Shown: positions 23,310-36,961 of the stretch, piece by piece
Position numbering within the stretch: position 1 is the first letter of the stretch
How the letters are laid out: every line of letters begins with the position of its first letter
Made by a program: the position numbers and the translations under genes
DNA from: Mobula birostris
Taxonomy: Eukaryota
Assembly: GCF_030028105.1 (NCBI RefSeq)
Contig: NC_092379.1
Span: 21,429,309 to 21,493,308 of the forward strand
Reading direction: 5' to 3'
DNA: 64,000 nucleotides
Notes under the pieces: model-generated
What the model was told of the DNA's origin: nothing
What the model saw: the letters and a program-made list of their open reading frames with translations, nothing else
The model's database searches: none

Positions 23310-24010
23310 TTTTATTACAATCCATTTACTGGATTCCAGACCTGCCTCTGGTATCCATTGGGATTGAACAGAGAGAGAAGAAAACACGATTCAAACTGAC
23401 TACCTCTCCAATCGCATTCCTATTATCCTCATGGCGACCTATTTCAATTTGACTTCCCATTCCCATTCTGACATGTCTGTCCATGGCCTCCTCTACTGCC
23501 ATGGTGAGGCCAAATTCAGGTTGGAGTAGCAACACTTCACATGCCAACCCGATCCCATGAATACTTACTCCTTAACTTGCAGTAATAGTCCCCACTCCTT
23601 TATTCTCCGTTTTATTCTATTCCCCATACTAGACACCCCCTCATCCCTTCACTTCTCCTCACCTGCCCATCATGTCCATTTGGTTCCCCTTCTCCTGCAC
23701 TTTCCTCCATGGTCCACTATCCTGTCAGATTCCTTCTGTTTCAGCTATTTATCTCTTCCACTTATCCCCTACCAGCTTCTTACTTCACACCCCCTCATCT
23801 GGTCTCACCTCTCATCTGACAGTATGTATTCCTCTCTACTCCACCCACCTTCTTATTCTGGCTTCTGCCCACTTCCTTTCCAGTACCAGTGAAATCTCTC
23901 GGCCCAAATTATCGACTGTTTATTTCCGTCCACAGATGCTGCCTGACTTGCCGAGTTCCTCCCGCACCTTGTGTGTGTTGTTCAAGATTTCCAGCATCTG
24001 TAGAATCTCT
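23310..24010. mobile_element. Penelope-like element fragments (GIY-YIG C-terminus and 3' tail)
   Basis: + strand HSHSDMSVHGLLYCHGEAKFRLE*QH (~23457-23540) and tail ...gatttccagcatctg; a related piece at 23310-23450 appears to be on the opposite strand. Confidence 0.55.
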
Positions 24011-26022
24011 TGTGCTTCTGGTTGTCCATACACTCATTCATTTGTGTACATTGTTGCTTCAGTGTGACTCAGATCCCAATTCCAGTTTCGTTGGCCAGAT
24101 TCCCTCCTGTCCGACTCCAGTCAGCAAGAACTGGACCTTGTTTTTCACCCAATGGCTGTGAGGCACGAGGTGATGAAGGTGAACGGGGCTGAATTTCCAA
24201 ATTGACTCAGTCAAAGGATGGATGACCCTTTGATAATGTTGGGCACAAGACAAATTGGTGAGACAAGACTCAGGGGTCTAACCATTCTCCTGTCCAATCT
24301 GACATGCTTTCTGTGTAAATCCTGGATCAGACAAATTGCTAAAGTTACATTGGTCCACGTGCCGGACACTGAATTCAGTCCAAGAGGGAAACTCAGTGAT
24401 CCCAAGGAATGTCAGAAAGGAAACTGTTTTGATAGAATTACCCAAGCATTGACAGAATTATATGCTTCTTGTAGAATAACCCCAGCATTCACCAATAAGG
24501 AGAGCATTTCCTCGGGATGGCTGAACATCCAGACAGGCTGATATGGGACATAACTGAGAAACCTGCAGAAAACATGTTTAACAACATCACAGTGCTGATT
24601 AAACTGAGATTCACAATTCAGTGAGCGTTCAGTGTACACCTAGGTTTGCATATTTGTGATATTACATGACAACAATGATCATCTAGACTGCACCCACAGA
24701 CTTTCTGTTTTAAAAGAAAATTGCTCAAAATCTTACTGACATGAGAAAGATGAAGAAATACACATCATACTTTGTCGGATGATCCGGCCCAGTTAGACTG
24801 GAACTGTGTGTGTTACGTCTGCTCTTTCTTCAGACAAAGACACTGACTCACAGTCTCATTGAAGGTCTCAACCCTGACACAAACACAATCAGCCTCCACA
24901 CTAAATGTCAAAGAGCAGAAACACCCCAGCTGCCTGAAGGTGACCGAGTGTGTAAATGGTGAACACAAAGTGCAGGGAGCCACAATGTAAGTGAACTGAC
25001 GATCGTGCATTGGGAGACGACCTCAACAACTGCACTTGAGTGCAAGACTGACACTCACCCAGAGGACAGGTGACCCAACACTTGATCAAAGAGCTGTTTT
25101 ATTCATTTATCATTTCCCATCAATCACTGATCTCTCCGGAACTGAGGGACTTGCTGCCTCATTCCTGATGGTGATTCAGCTCCAGCCGTGTTGCTGCAGG
25201 TCTGGAGTCACAAACCAGCCAGAGCAGATGAGGCTTCTCTCTGGAAATTACCACAGAGAATAACACTACAAATACCTCCGTAGTCTTCTTTTTATTCCAA
25301 AAAAGCATTGATGAATTGAATTTAAACTCCCATCCACCGGGTTGGGATCTGAACCCACTTTGCCAGTTCATCAGTCCCTAACTTATGGATACACTCTGAC
25401 CATGTTGCTCATTTCAAGTGAGACAGAGGCTTCAGTGTTTGTCAGCAAGAATGCTAAAACCACAGGCACCAGCAGAAGTAGTGCAGGTGTATGAGTGAGC
25501 AGAGTTGAAAGAATACGATGTTGTCTGAAGTTTGTGTGGGTGGTGAAGGCTGCGGAGATGAGGAGAGGCACAGCCACAGTGAGACTGGAATGTTGGGATG
25601 TGAAGTTATTAAACTGAGTGAATCCCAGGCTCAGCCCAGATGGAGAAAGGGATTCTTATTGATTCACAGTGTTCACTGTTACTAATCAATGACACCGAGT
25701 CTCCAAGCAAAGAATATACTGAGCTGTGTCTCTGCTGAGAAATCTGCATGCTTCTCTGTCTCACAGAGCTCCGTCTCACAGTGAACCGATTTGGACAGTT
25801 ATTAGAAAGGGATTCAAAACCTCGTTAGCACATCCTTTGTTCTGAATTTCTTTTCTCAATCAAACTTATAGGAATATGAGGCACGTGACTCAGCCCTGGG
25901 TGTTTCTGTTATTCTGTTTGCATTAAATGCAGCTGTCAAGTACTGATGATCTGCCTGGACCTAACACAACCAATGGAAATATCTCCAGTAAGATTCTGAG
26001 CATTTCCATTTCTAACCCACAG

Positions 26023-26325
26023 AATTGTCTGTCTTTATTCAAAATCCCGACATTGAAGAGCTGTGGATCCACAAGTCTGCTACCGTGAAGTGCACAGTTA
26101 TCTGTACAGATCCCGAAGATATCCACATCTCTTGGCACGTGGGCGGGAAGGAGAAAACTAAAGGAATTCACACCCATCAAGCGGAGAGGGACGGGTCCCG
26201 ATACAGAGTGCTCAGCGAACTCCAGATCAGTGTGGAGGAGTGGTTCAGTGGGGTGGAGTACGAGTGCTCTGCTCAGGAATCTCCTTCATCTTCCCGAGTG
26301 TCAGCACGGACCAATAGTACCAAAG
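26023..26325 (+). CDS. IgW: IgW CH3 exon
   Basis: CCACAG acceptor; ELSVFIQNPDIEELWIHKSATVKCTVICTDPEDIHISW...EEWFSGVEYECSAQ...TNSTK; G|GTGGG donor; 303 nt. Confidence 0.93.
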
Positions 26326-26413
26326 GTGGGCAAGAGACCAGCGATTAAATGGCCAGCATTAGTTACCTGAGTCAAAATGTTTGACATTTCCTTTGTTTTC
26401 TTTTCTATTCCAG

Positions 26414-26731
26414 TTGAGATAAGAAGTCCCAAGGTCAGACTGCTGCCTCCACCTCAGGAAGACACCAAGAATTGGAAAACGGCCACACTGGAGTGTGTGG
26501 TCTCTGGATTCTACCCGGACCAAATAAATGTCATTTGGAAGAAAGGCAGCACCGTGATCACCTCCAACACCAGCGCGACACCGACCGCTCTGGAGCAGGG
26601 GTGGACTTTCAGTGCCAGACACTTCCTGACCGTGAGTTTACAGGAGTGGAAGTCACAATCAGTCTTCAGCTGTACAGTGACTCATCCCCCCTCCAACAGC
26701 AGTATCAAGAAACAAGTGAAGAACGTCCAAG
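26414..26731 (+). CDS. IgW: IgW CH4 exon
   Basis: TTCCAG acceptor; VEIRSPKVRLLPPP...TLECVVSGFYPDQINVIW...EWKSQSVFSCTVTHPPSNSSIKKQVKNVQ; G|GTAGG donor; 318 nt. Confidence 0.94.
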
Positions 26732-28034
26732 GTAGGGTCCTGGGATGCATCCCATTATTGAAATTGTTTACATTGTGCTATGAATTCAAGGTAAACACCT
26801 AATCATGGTGCAGCCCTGGTTTAGTTATGTGAGTGAACTGATAAAGTTCAAAGTAAAAAGTACATTTATTATCAAAGTATGAGCACCATATACAACCGTG
26901 AGATTCTCTTCTTGCAGGTAGTCACAAAACAAAGAAACACAATAGAATTCAGAGTCAAACATCCAATGTGTGAAAAAAACAATTTGTGCAAACAATAAAA
27001 AAATTCAAACAAACAATCCACAGAAACTGAACCGCAGAGCCCCCTGAAGTAAATCCACAGCCACGTTGCCAGTTCAGCACTGCAGGCCACGGCCGTGGAG
27101 CCAGGCTCAGTGCTGAGGTGAGTGCCGATGGCTGCAGAGTCAGTTCAGTGCTGAGGCGAGTGAAGCCTCGTTGAGAAGTGAGCTGGATACCGGTTTGTCC
27201 ATTGACTCAGCCTCAATGCCTTCATCTTTTTAATCTCTCTTGGCACTTAAATCAGCCAATCAACGGTTTGTTTTCCACTCTCAACCAACATAATCCACAC
27301 TTTCACCATAGAAATAAGAGTATCCCAGAAAATACTTTCATAACTGGAGGAGAATCCAGACCATTTCACTCGACAGACTCTCTGGAACTCGCTGATACTC
27401 ATCTTCAAAATGCACCCTCCCTCTACCTTTGAACCTAATCCCAGCCTCCGATCAGTGGCTCAGATGTGACTGAATTTCCAGCACAGCAGCTCTCCCTCTG
27501 CTCCTGTGTGGGAATAGTCAGCCTGGACAATGTGTAGAAGCCTCTGGAGGGCGGCCTGAACACACTACATTCTGACAAAGCAGCAGCAAATGTTAGTTAC
27601 ACCTGATAGACAAAAAGAGTCCATTTTAATATTTGTGACAAAAACTAAATATTTCTCAGAAATTTTGAAATATGAAGTGTATTTTCTGGAAGATTTCCAC
27701 ATGAAACTTTGCTCTGTTTCTCGTTCTACCGACACAGTCTGAAATACTGGGGATTTTCTGTATCTGTTTTAATAAGTGTCTGTTAACAGTTTAAGTGACC
27801 ATGAAACTGCAAATCAGTTTGAGGGCCAATCTTGATCATTTACGTTTGCTCAGGGTATTTACCCTGTCTGCTCAAAAGGGGAGATTCCTTTCTTCACCAA
27901 TGTAGATTGGTCTCATCTCATCTTGATGGGACTGGCAAATCATTGAACAGGAATGAACAGGAAATGTTGGTCTTTTCAGAGACAAACTCATCCTTTTGGG
28001 AATTTTGAAATAATAATTGTGACGTTTCTCCCAG

Positions 28035-28355
28035 TTGACTGTCCAGATACCCCCCTCTCAGTAACTTTAAGCAAACCTCCTTTCGAAGAGATCTGGACAA
28101 AGAGGACAGCGACCATTCTGTGTGAGGTGGTTCACAGTGACTTACAGGGATTCAGTGTAACCTGGCAAGTGAATGGAAGGAAGAGGGAAGATGGGGTGAG
28201 GACTCTGGGTCCAGACAGCAATGGAGGTGAAGACGTGATCACCAGCAGACTGACAGTCCCTGCTGCAGAGTGGAACAGTGGGGCTGAGTACTCGTGTGTG
28301 ATAGAGGACAAGAGTTTGCCAACACCAGTGAAGAAATCCATCAGGAAGGACACAG
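28035..28355 (+). CDS. IgW: IgW CH5 exon
   Basis: CTCCCAG acceptor; VDCPDTPLSVTLSKPPFEEIWTKRTATILCEV...W...EWNSGAEYSCVIEDKSLPTPVKKSIRKDT; G|GTACG donor; 321 nt. Confidence 0.93.
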
Positions 28356-28952
28356 GTACGTGTGGACAGAATTCAGTGTGAGTCTGATCTTAGAAATTGG
28401 ACAGATTTATCACCATCCAGCACTGCTCAACCATTCAATCTGGTCTCAGCTGATCATCAAATTCAATTCCTGTCCCTGTTTTCTCCAGATATCCTTTGAC
28501 ACATTCACCCGAAGTATATTCAACCCATTCTTAATACGTTAGATGATAATTCTTCAAGTGCTTTCTGTGGGAGAGAGTTCCACAGGTTCTCACTCCCTCT
28601 CACACATACACAGCTTAGACTGCTACCCCTGCTCCAGGGGAGATGGAACAAACAGCACAGGATGATGCAAGTCCAGGGGCTGAGTTCCACTTTCTGTCGA
28701 GTTGCTGTGTTCAGTGACTCCCATTGATTAAACTGAATAGACTAACCTCGCTGGAAGATGTGAAATGCAGCAGGTCCAAGATTTCCACTCCACAAATCCC
28801 AAAGATGAGCAGAAAGGGAAAAGCCTTCAGTTTCAGATGAAGTGAAGCCCCTCAGATTTAGAAATTGTTCATGTTAGTGCAAGACCAGAATATATCGGGT
28901 AAATAGGGAATTATTGGAAGATTCATTCTAACTGAGATTCTCTCTGTTCCAG

Positions 28953-29338
28953 ATACTGTTGTGACTCGTCCTCATGTCTACCTCCTCCCCGCTTCATCGG
29001 ATGAGGTAGACACCGATCAGACTGTGACCTTGATGTGCCTGGTCACCAAGTTCTCTCCCACAGAGATCTATGTGGCCTGGAAGGCCAATGACACCCTTCT
29101 GAAGACAGGGTTTGTGAACCAGCCAGTGACCAAGGACCCCAGAAATGGCTGGAACACAATGACCAGTCAGCTGAAGGTTTCTCCTGAGGAGTGGAATAGC
29201 GGCACCACTTTCTCCTGTGTGGTGGGTCATGAGTCGCTCACAACCAACCTGTTCCGAAGCATCAATAAATCTCATAGCAAACCCACCCTGGTCAATGTCT
29301 CACTCGTTCTGACTGATAGTTTTAAATCTTGTGTGTAA
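28953..29338 (+). CDS. IgW: IgW CH6 exon with long-form secretory tailpiece
   Basis: TTCCAG acceptor; DTVVTRPHVYLLP...TLMCLVTKFSPTEIYVAW...FSCVVGHESL...SINKSH followed by SKPTLVNVSLVLTDSFKSCV* (NVS sequon and penultimate Cys, as in mu tailpieces). Confidence 0.95.
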
Positions 29339-29620
29339 TACTGTGTGATTCAATCCATGAAACCCTAGTTTTGTTAGTTTTATGATTATTAATTATCACA
29401 GAGGATTATTTAGCTGATTAAAACATGATTAAAATCTGGACCTTTTAAAATAATTAAGATCAAGAACCAAATTAAACTACAAATATGATTCACCACAAAT
29501 CTCTGAGTTTGTGTGTACATTCTTAGACCACCTTCTGCCACATTTGAATGGATTTCAGCCCTGAGTGGGACTGCACAATGTATTAAATCCTTGTACGTGT
29601 CAATGTACCGATCCAAGTTC

Positions 29621-29626
29621 AATAAA
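29621..29626 (+). terminator. Poly(A) signal for long secreted IgW
   Basis: First AATAAA after the CH6 stop (283 nt downstream), followed by GT/T-rich sequence. Confidence 0.7.
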
Positions 29627-30099
29627 TATGACATGAAAATGTATTCATTGTGATTTTTGGTGATGAGAAAAAAGGAACTTTCAACATGAGGCGTGGCACG
29701 TGACACACAGTCAGGGAGAAATAGTAATCTTTGTTTCTCTGGTGTCTGAACCCTTCCTGCATCGGGTATCCCACTGATCAGCTGTCAACTGATGGTCAGA
29801 GAGATTAGAATGTACGGCAGTCTGACAAAGAGTTGAGAGTTGAAACCAGTCACCAAACGTCATATCGATGTCAAAGATGTTGGATCACTGTTTGAGGGCT
29901 CCTTGTCCCCACTAATATTGCTGCTCCTCATCTGGTGTCTGTGTGTCGCGAACTTAATGAAACGTATCATTGTTGGGAACAGTTCTGTTGCAATGGTGCA
30001 GTTAAACATCTGTCTGTCAGGGCAGACAGTTTGCAACTGGACTGAAGGGGGACTAATATCCCAGTGGGAAGGTTTGCTTGTGCTGCATGGTGGGGGTGG

Positions 30100-33000
30100 C
30101 GGGGGATGCCGTTTAAACTGGAGTTGCAGGGGATGAGAACCAGAGTGTCAGAACAGATTGTGGAGAGATTGTGGAGACATGTTTTTAGACATTAGACAAA
30201 GTCAGGAATCAAGAAGTTGAGCATGGTGTGAGTAATGTTCTGAGCTGTGTATATCTCAAAGCAAGTATTATTGTAGGAAAGGCAGATGAACTCAGGGCAG
30301 AGATCAACACATGGACTTATGATATGGTGACCATTAGTGAGACGTGGTTGCAGGAGACGCAGGACTGGTAGCTCAATATTCTGGTGTTCCATTTTTTAGA
30401 TGCACAGAGTGGGAGGGATTAAAGTGCAAATGTCACGACAGTGTTCAGTCAGGAGAGACTGGAGAACTCCTCTTCTGAGACTATACAGGTGGAAATGAGG
30501 AATAAGAAAGGTATGGCCATGTTAATGGGGCTATATTATAGATCGCCCTGCAGGACCCAGAGGCACAAATTGTCGGGACATCACAGACTATTGCAAGAAA
30601 CACAAGGTTGCGATAGGAGGTGATTTCAACTTTCCACAAATTGACTTGGACACCCAGACTACAAAAGGGATGGAGTTTGTCAAACGTATTCAAGAAAGTT
30701 TCCTTAATCAGTGCATAGAAATCCCAACAGAGTGTGTGCAACACTTGATATCTTATTCAGGAATGAGACAGGGCAGGTGACAGAAGATTGTGTACGGGAA
30801 CACTTTGTATCTACTGATCATAATGCCATTAGTTTCAAAATAAATTTGGAAAAAAATAGATCTCGTTCCCAGGTTCAGATTCTAAATTGGAGAAAGGCCA
30901 GTTTTGATGGTATCAGAAAGGATGTGGTAAGCGTGAATTGGGACAGGCTGTTCACTGGCAAAGGTGTACTTGGTAAGTGAGAAGCCTTCAAAAGTGAAAT
31001 TTTGAGAGCACATTGCTTGTATGTGCCTGTCAGAAGAAAAGGCAAGGATGACCTTTGATATTGAGGCCCTGGTTAAGAAGTACAAGGAAGTGCACTGCAG
31101 GTATAGGCAGGTGGGGACAAATGAGGTACTCATGGAGTGTAAGGAATACAAGAAAACACCTAAGAAAGAAATAAGAAGGGCTAAAAGAATGGACGAGGTG
31201 CCCAAGCAGACAAAGTGAAGGGGAAACCCAAGGGATTCTACAGATATGTTAAGAGCACAATGTTTGCAAGGGACAAAATTGGTTCACTAGAAGATCAGAT
31301 TGGAAATCTATTTGTGGTGCCAAGAGGGATGGGGAGGCTATCAATGGACTTTTTGTATCGGTATTTATTTGGAAGATGGACAGATAGTCTGTAGAAACGA
31401 GGCAAAGCAGAAGCGACGACATAGACCCTTTAGAGATTACAGAGGATGAGGTGTTTACTGTCTTTAAGCAAATTGAAGATTGTGGGTGTGGAGGTTGCTG
31501 TCAGAGATATTTAAAACATCCTTAGCACCAGGCGAGATACTGGAGAAGAGCAGGATAGCTGATGTTCCATTGTTTAAAAAGGGCTGTAAAAATAAACCAG
31601 GAAATTATCGGCCAGTGAGCCTGACATCTGTTGTGGGAAGGCAATTGGAAGGTATTCTAAAGGGACCGGATATATGTGTATTTGGACAGACATGGACTGA
31701 TGAAGGATGGTCAGCATAGCTTTGTGTGTGTAGGGCACGTCTAACCAATCTTATTGAGGAAGTTACTAGGAAAGTTGATGAAGGCAAGGCAGTGGATATT
31801 ATCTACATGGACCTCAGCAAGGCATTTGACAAGGTCCCAAATGGGAGGGTGGTCAGGAAGTTTCAGTTGCATGGCATTTAAGATGAGGCAGCAAATTGGA
31901 TTGGACATTGGCTTTGTGGGAGAAGCCAGAGGGTGGTAGTAGATGGTTGCCTGTCTGACTCAAGGCCTGTGACAAGTGGAGTTTTGCAGGAATCGGTGCT
32001 GGGTCCATTGTTGTATCAATGATCTGGATGATAACATGGTTAACTGGATCAGCAAATTTGCAATTGACACCAAAATTGTGGGTGTTGTGGACAGCAAGAA
32101 AGACTATCAGAGCTTGTAGTGGGATCTGGACCAGTTGGTACAATAGTCTGAAAAATGGCTGATGGAATTTAATGCAGACAAGTGCGAGGTGTTGCACTTA
32201 GGTAGGACCAGCTAAGGTGGGTCTTACACAGTGAACGATAGGACACTGAGGAGTGCAGTAGAACAAAGAGATGTGGGAACACAGGTCCATAATTAATTGA
32301 AAATGGAGGCACACGTAGATAGGATCATAATGAAATCTTTTGGCACATTGGCCTTCATAAATCAAAGTATTGAGTACAGGAGATGGGGTGTTATGTTAAA
32401 GTTGTATAAGACATTCTTGAGGCCTAATTTGAATTGAATTGAATTGACTTTATTACCAACATCCTTCATATACATGAGGACGAAAAATCTTTACCTGTTC
32501 AGCTTTGGTCACTTACCTGCAGGAAAGGTGTAAATAAGTGTAAGGGGGTTTCGACTTTTATGTTACTGCAGAGGCTAATTAAAATGGCATCTTTGTTATG
32601 TTCCAAGGGGGGGGGGGCTACATAAGCTGAAAGAGTACAGGGAAAGTTTAAAAGGATGCAACCAGGACTGAGAATATGAGTTATAAGGAAAGATTACATA
32701 GGTTAGGACTTTATTCCTTGCAACGTAGAAGATTGAGGGGAGATTTGATGGAGGTATAGAAAATTATCAGGGGTATAGATAGGGTAAATGCAAGCAGGCT
32801 TTTTCCACTGAGGTTGGGTGGGACTACAACTAGAGATCATGGGTTAAGGGTGAAAGGTGAAATGTTTAAGGGAAACCTGAGGGGAAACTTTTTCACTCAG
32901 AGTTTTGTGAGAGTGTGGAATGAACTGCCAGAGCAAGTGGTGCTTGCAAGCTCGATTTCAATGTTTAAGACAAGTTTGGATTGTTACATGGATGGGAGGG

Positions 33001-33115
33001 GTATGGAGGGCAATGGTCTTGGTGCAAGTCAATGAAAGTTGGCAGTTTAAATGGCTCAGCACAGACCAGATGGGCCAAAGGGCCTGTTTCTGTGCTGTGC
33101 TTTTCTGTGACTCAG
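30100..33115 (+). mobile_element. Decayed CR1 LINE (EN to 3' end)
   Basis: Motifs ISETW, GDFNF, NYRPVSLTS, DLSKAFDKV, SVLGPLL, FTQ..VRVWN across frameshifts. Confidence 0.8.
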
Positions 33116-33489
33116 TGACTGTCAGACAATGTCCAAGACCAGACAGTCTGTGTCTGCATTGCTTGCAGTTGAGAAGAATCCAGATTTCTGGACAAACATA
33201 TCAGATGTAAAAGGGGCACGAGAGGGTAGATGTTGGGAGAATTTCACTTGTCACAGAGCAACGAACAAGGGGACAGAGTTACAAAGTAAGGAGCAGGACA
33301 TTTGAAAGTGTGGTGCAGAGAAATTTCTTCCCTCAGATGGAATGAATTCCCAGAAATCTCAGCCCAGAAGATGGAATCTGGTGGTCTGCACTTCCTCCTG
33401 TTTTCTTCTTGTGAGTTCAGTGGAGACAGAGACAGAGAGGATTAGAAGAAGAGACAAAGGATGAGATCAGAACTATGCAAATAAAGAAA

Positions 33490-35960
33490 CAGGTGTGTTG
33501 GACTCAGGATTGATCTTCAAAGATTTTGACACCCAGGAACTTGAAACTGCTCAACCTTTCCACTGCTGATCCCTCAATGAAGACTGATGTGTGTTCCCAT
33601 GACTCCCCCTTCCTGAAGTCTGCAATCAATTGCTTCATCTTACTGACGTTGAATGTAAGGTTGTTGTTGAAACACCATGAACCCAACTGATCTATCCTGC
33701 TCTTGTATGCCTCCTCATCACCCTGAAACTCAGCCCACAATAGCTCAACAGTAAATTTATAAATGCCACTTGAGTTCTACCTAGTCGCACAGTTGTGGGT
33801 GCAGAGAGAGTAGAGCAGTGGGTTAAGCACACATCCTTGAGGTGCTCCAGTGTTGATTGTCAGTGAGGAGGAGATGCTCATTCAGATCCACACTGACTGT
33901 GGGTCTCCCAGTGAGGATGTCAAGGATCCAGTTGTGGAGGGTGGTCTGGAGGCCCAGGTTTTGGAGTTTGTTGATTTGAACTGAGGTTATGATTGTGTTG
34001 AACGTTGAGCTGTAATCAGTAAACAACATCCTGACGTTCAGCAGGTATTGTTATTGTCCAGGTGATCCAAGGCCGAGTGGAGAGCCAGTCAGATTCCATC
34101 TGCTGTAGACCTATTGTGGCAACAGGCAAATTGCAGGGGTCCAGGTCCTTGCTTAAGCAGGAGTTGATTCTGGCCGTGACCAACCCCTCAAAGCATTTCC
34201 TCACAGTAGATGTGGGTGCAACTGAGCGATGGTCATTGAGACAGCTCACCCTGCTCTTCTTGGGCACTGGTATGATTCTCACTCTTTTGAAACAGATGGG
34301 AACCTCTGACTGCAGCAGTGAGATATTGAAGATGTTCCTGAACACTCCCACCAGTTGGTTGCACAAGTTTTCAATTCCGTACCAGGCACAGCATCAGGGC
34401 CTGATTCAGTGTGAGGATTCACCCTCTTGAAAGCTGCTCTGACGTTGGCATCCGAGACAGAGATGACAGGGTCACCAGACACTGCAGGGATTTACCCACA
34501 TGTAGTTTCATTCTCCCTTTCAAAGTGTGCTTAAATGGCGTTGAGCTCATCTGGGAATGAAGCATCACTGCCATTCGTGATGTTAGGTTTCACCTTGTAG
34601 GAAGTAATGGCCTGAAAAGTCTGCCAGAGCTGAAGGGCATCTGATTCCTTCTCTAAGTTCAATTGGAATTGTTCAAAGGTTTATTTATTATCAAAGCCTG
34701 TATCCACATACAACCTGAAATTTGTGTTCTCCAGATAGCCATGAAAACAAGAAAGAATATGAAAGTCATTCAGAGAGAAACATCAAACCCATCCCTTCAC
34801 CACCACCCCCACCGACAAAAACAGCATCCCGATCATCAATCGCCCCCAATAACCCCCTCTCCCTTCAGAAAACGGAACAGGAACATCGATCCCCAACACA
34901 AAAAACTAACAGAACATCAAACCCCGAACACCCTCCCCTTGCACAACAAAACTGAAAAGGAACGGGCGATAAAAAACACAGAATATAAAAACGATAGGTC
35001 TGAAAATGTCCAATCCATAAACACAACTGTCCAATCCATAAATCAGAAACACAATACCATCTCCAATATCACCAACATTCATCGAAAGAGAGGAGAGGGA
35101 CACCACACGAGGCAGAGAGGCCGACCCGCCTGTCACAGCGAGACACACAGCAACAGGCCGCTCACAGAATCCATCTCCAGCAGTGATCAAAAGACAGGCA
35201 TCGGCGCCGAAACTCTCACTCACTTAATGGATGCTTGAAATGGCAAAATGGAGTCAATCATCGGCTCACACACTGTCTTGCAGTTTCATTGCATCAAAGC
35301 CGTCTGAGTACATACTCGGAATCTTTTTGGAGATAGCAAAGCGCTGGATCACTGAAACAATCTCCAATCTAAAATCCAGTCTCCAACTCTAACAGTCTGA
35401 GAAACATATTTAAGGAGAAAAACAGACACAAAGGACCAAAAAAGGATATTTTTGTGAGCTATCTGGAAGACGTTGACTGAGAGAGCATTGAACTCTGGCA
35501 CCATCTTAACCAATAGCTTTCCGCAGGTCGTACCTGGGCTTCTTGTCTAATGTTGAGTCACCAGCCTAGACTGCCATAAATCGAGGCCTCAGCAAAGTAC
35601 AAATCTCCAGGTCCATCCACAGCTTTTGATTTGAGATATCCGGGATGTTCTCGAAGGGACACACTCATCCACATAGGTCTTGATGAAGTCGGTGACAACT
35701 GTGGCATATTCATTCAGATTTGAAGAAAGGTCTCTGAATATTGTCTAGTTCACCAGCTCAAACTCCTGTAAGCGCACTTCTGCCTTCCTTGACCATATTT
35801 TCTTGGTCCTCACTACCAGCACTGTGGTCTTTAGTCTCTGCCTATATGCCGGGAGTTGAAGTACAGCCAGGTGATCGGCCTTACCAAAGTGTGGCCATGT
35901 GCTGGCACGGTAACCGTTGTTGATGGTGGTATCACAGTGGTCAAGTGTTGGCTCCTCTGG
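33490..35960 (-). mobile_element. Decayed Rex1/Babar-type LINE with an insert at ~34673-35507
   Basis: Minus ORFs ISLLQSEVPICFKRVRIIPVPKK...CLNDHRSVA and [12 protein letters not shown] match the element at 61064-62377. Confidence 0.8.
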
Positions 35961-36961
35961 TTCCACAGGAGATATGTTAGTGGTCATTGTTCAGAGACTT
36001 CCTCAAGATGTCCTGGTTCATATCCGGGTGTGCTATTTCGTGTTCAGTGATCATGGTGCTCAGCTCTTCCAGTGACTGTCTGATGTTGGCTTGAGGTGGC
36101 TGCCCCCACACCATGCCTGGATCTGCTGTAGACTAATGGACTGAAATTGTTTGCAATCATTCATCAACAACTAAATTATCACTGTGTCATGTGACAGGGG
36201 ACTGAACCCAGCAGGATTTAATCGTGAGCAGTGCCCTGCAATGATCTTTGTCGGCCCTGCAACTATTCACTGATATTACTAATGATGTGGATGATGGGAC
36301 ACAAAGCCATGTCTATGAGTGCCCAGCAAATGAAAAGCAGACTCCACAGGAAATAGAATGGCAGGGAGGTTTAAAGTGTAGAGATGGAAATAGATGAAGT
36401 GAACAGGACAACTGGAACAAAGTGAAATCATTGACTGGGGCAGGCAAGCTGCAGAGATGAAAAGAGAGATTTTTCATGGGAGATTCGAAAGTCAGCATCA
36501 GAATTTTCAATCTGGAGGAATCCCAGGCTCAGTCTGAACAGATATGAGGCAGCTCATTGATTCAGCTCAATGTCACAAATGGATCTACAGACTCTCACGT
36601 GCACCGAGACAAGAAGATTGCAGGAAATGCTGTCTTTGATCAGAAACTGCACCTCTCATTGCAATTCACAGCTCCGATAGTGCATTCTATTGGCATTCCA
36701 ACAGCTAAATGTCATGTAGCTAGGCAACTGTCCTGCAGTCACTGCTGTGAGCCAAATGGGTCCTGAGGAAATAAGCTCCTTGATGTTTGATTTTGTTTTC
36801 TCAGTCAGAAGTTGTAAGCAGAGATGAGCAACCCACTCTGTAAACAAACCTGATTTCATTCCGTTGTACAATTCTGTACAGGATAAGTCTGAGCTGAAGT
36901 TGTCAAGCCAGCTGACAGCAGATATTGTCCAGTTTGTAAATTTTCTATTTCTAATCTACAG

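Noticed and set aside
24218-24541. 107-aa ORF with a Cys pattern faintly like the short tail (ECQKGNCF)
   Set aside because: No usable phase-1 acceptor in that frame and similarity too weak.
25940-25988. Possible hinge mini-exon before CH3 (LSSTDDLPGPNTTNGNIS, then GTAAG)
   Set aside because: The acceptor phase does not match the phase-1 upstream donor, and the following intron would be only ~34 nt.
27980-28008. TCTTTTCAG acceptor giving ETNSSFWEF* after CH4
   Set aside because: Only ~55 nt upstream of the CH5 acceptor with no AATAAA; more likely a cryptic site.
29339-36961. Possible second V/J/CH1 unit explaining CH7/CH8 as a separate cluster
   Set aside because: I saw no V, RSS-flanked segment, J or CH1/CH2-like coding here; the interval is mostly CR1 and Rex fragments.
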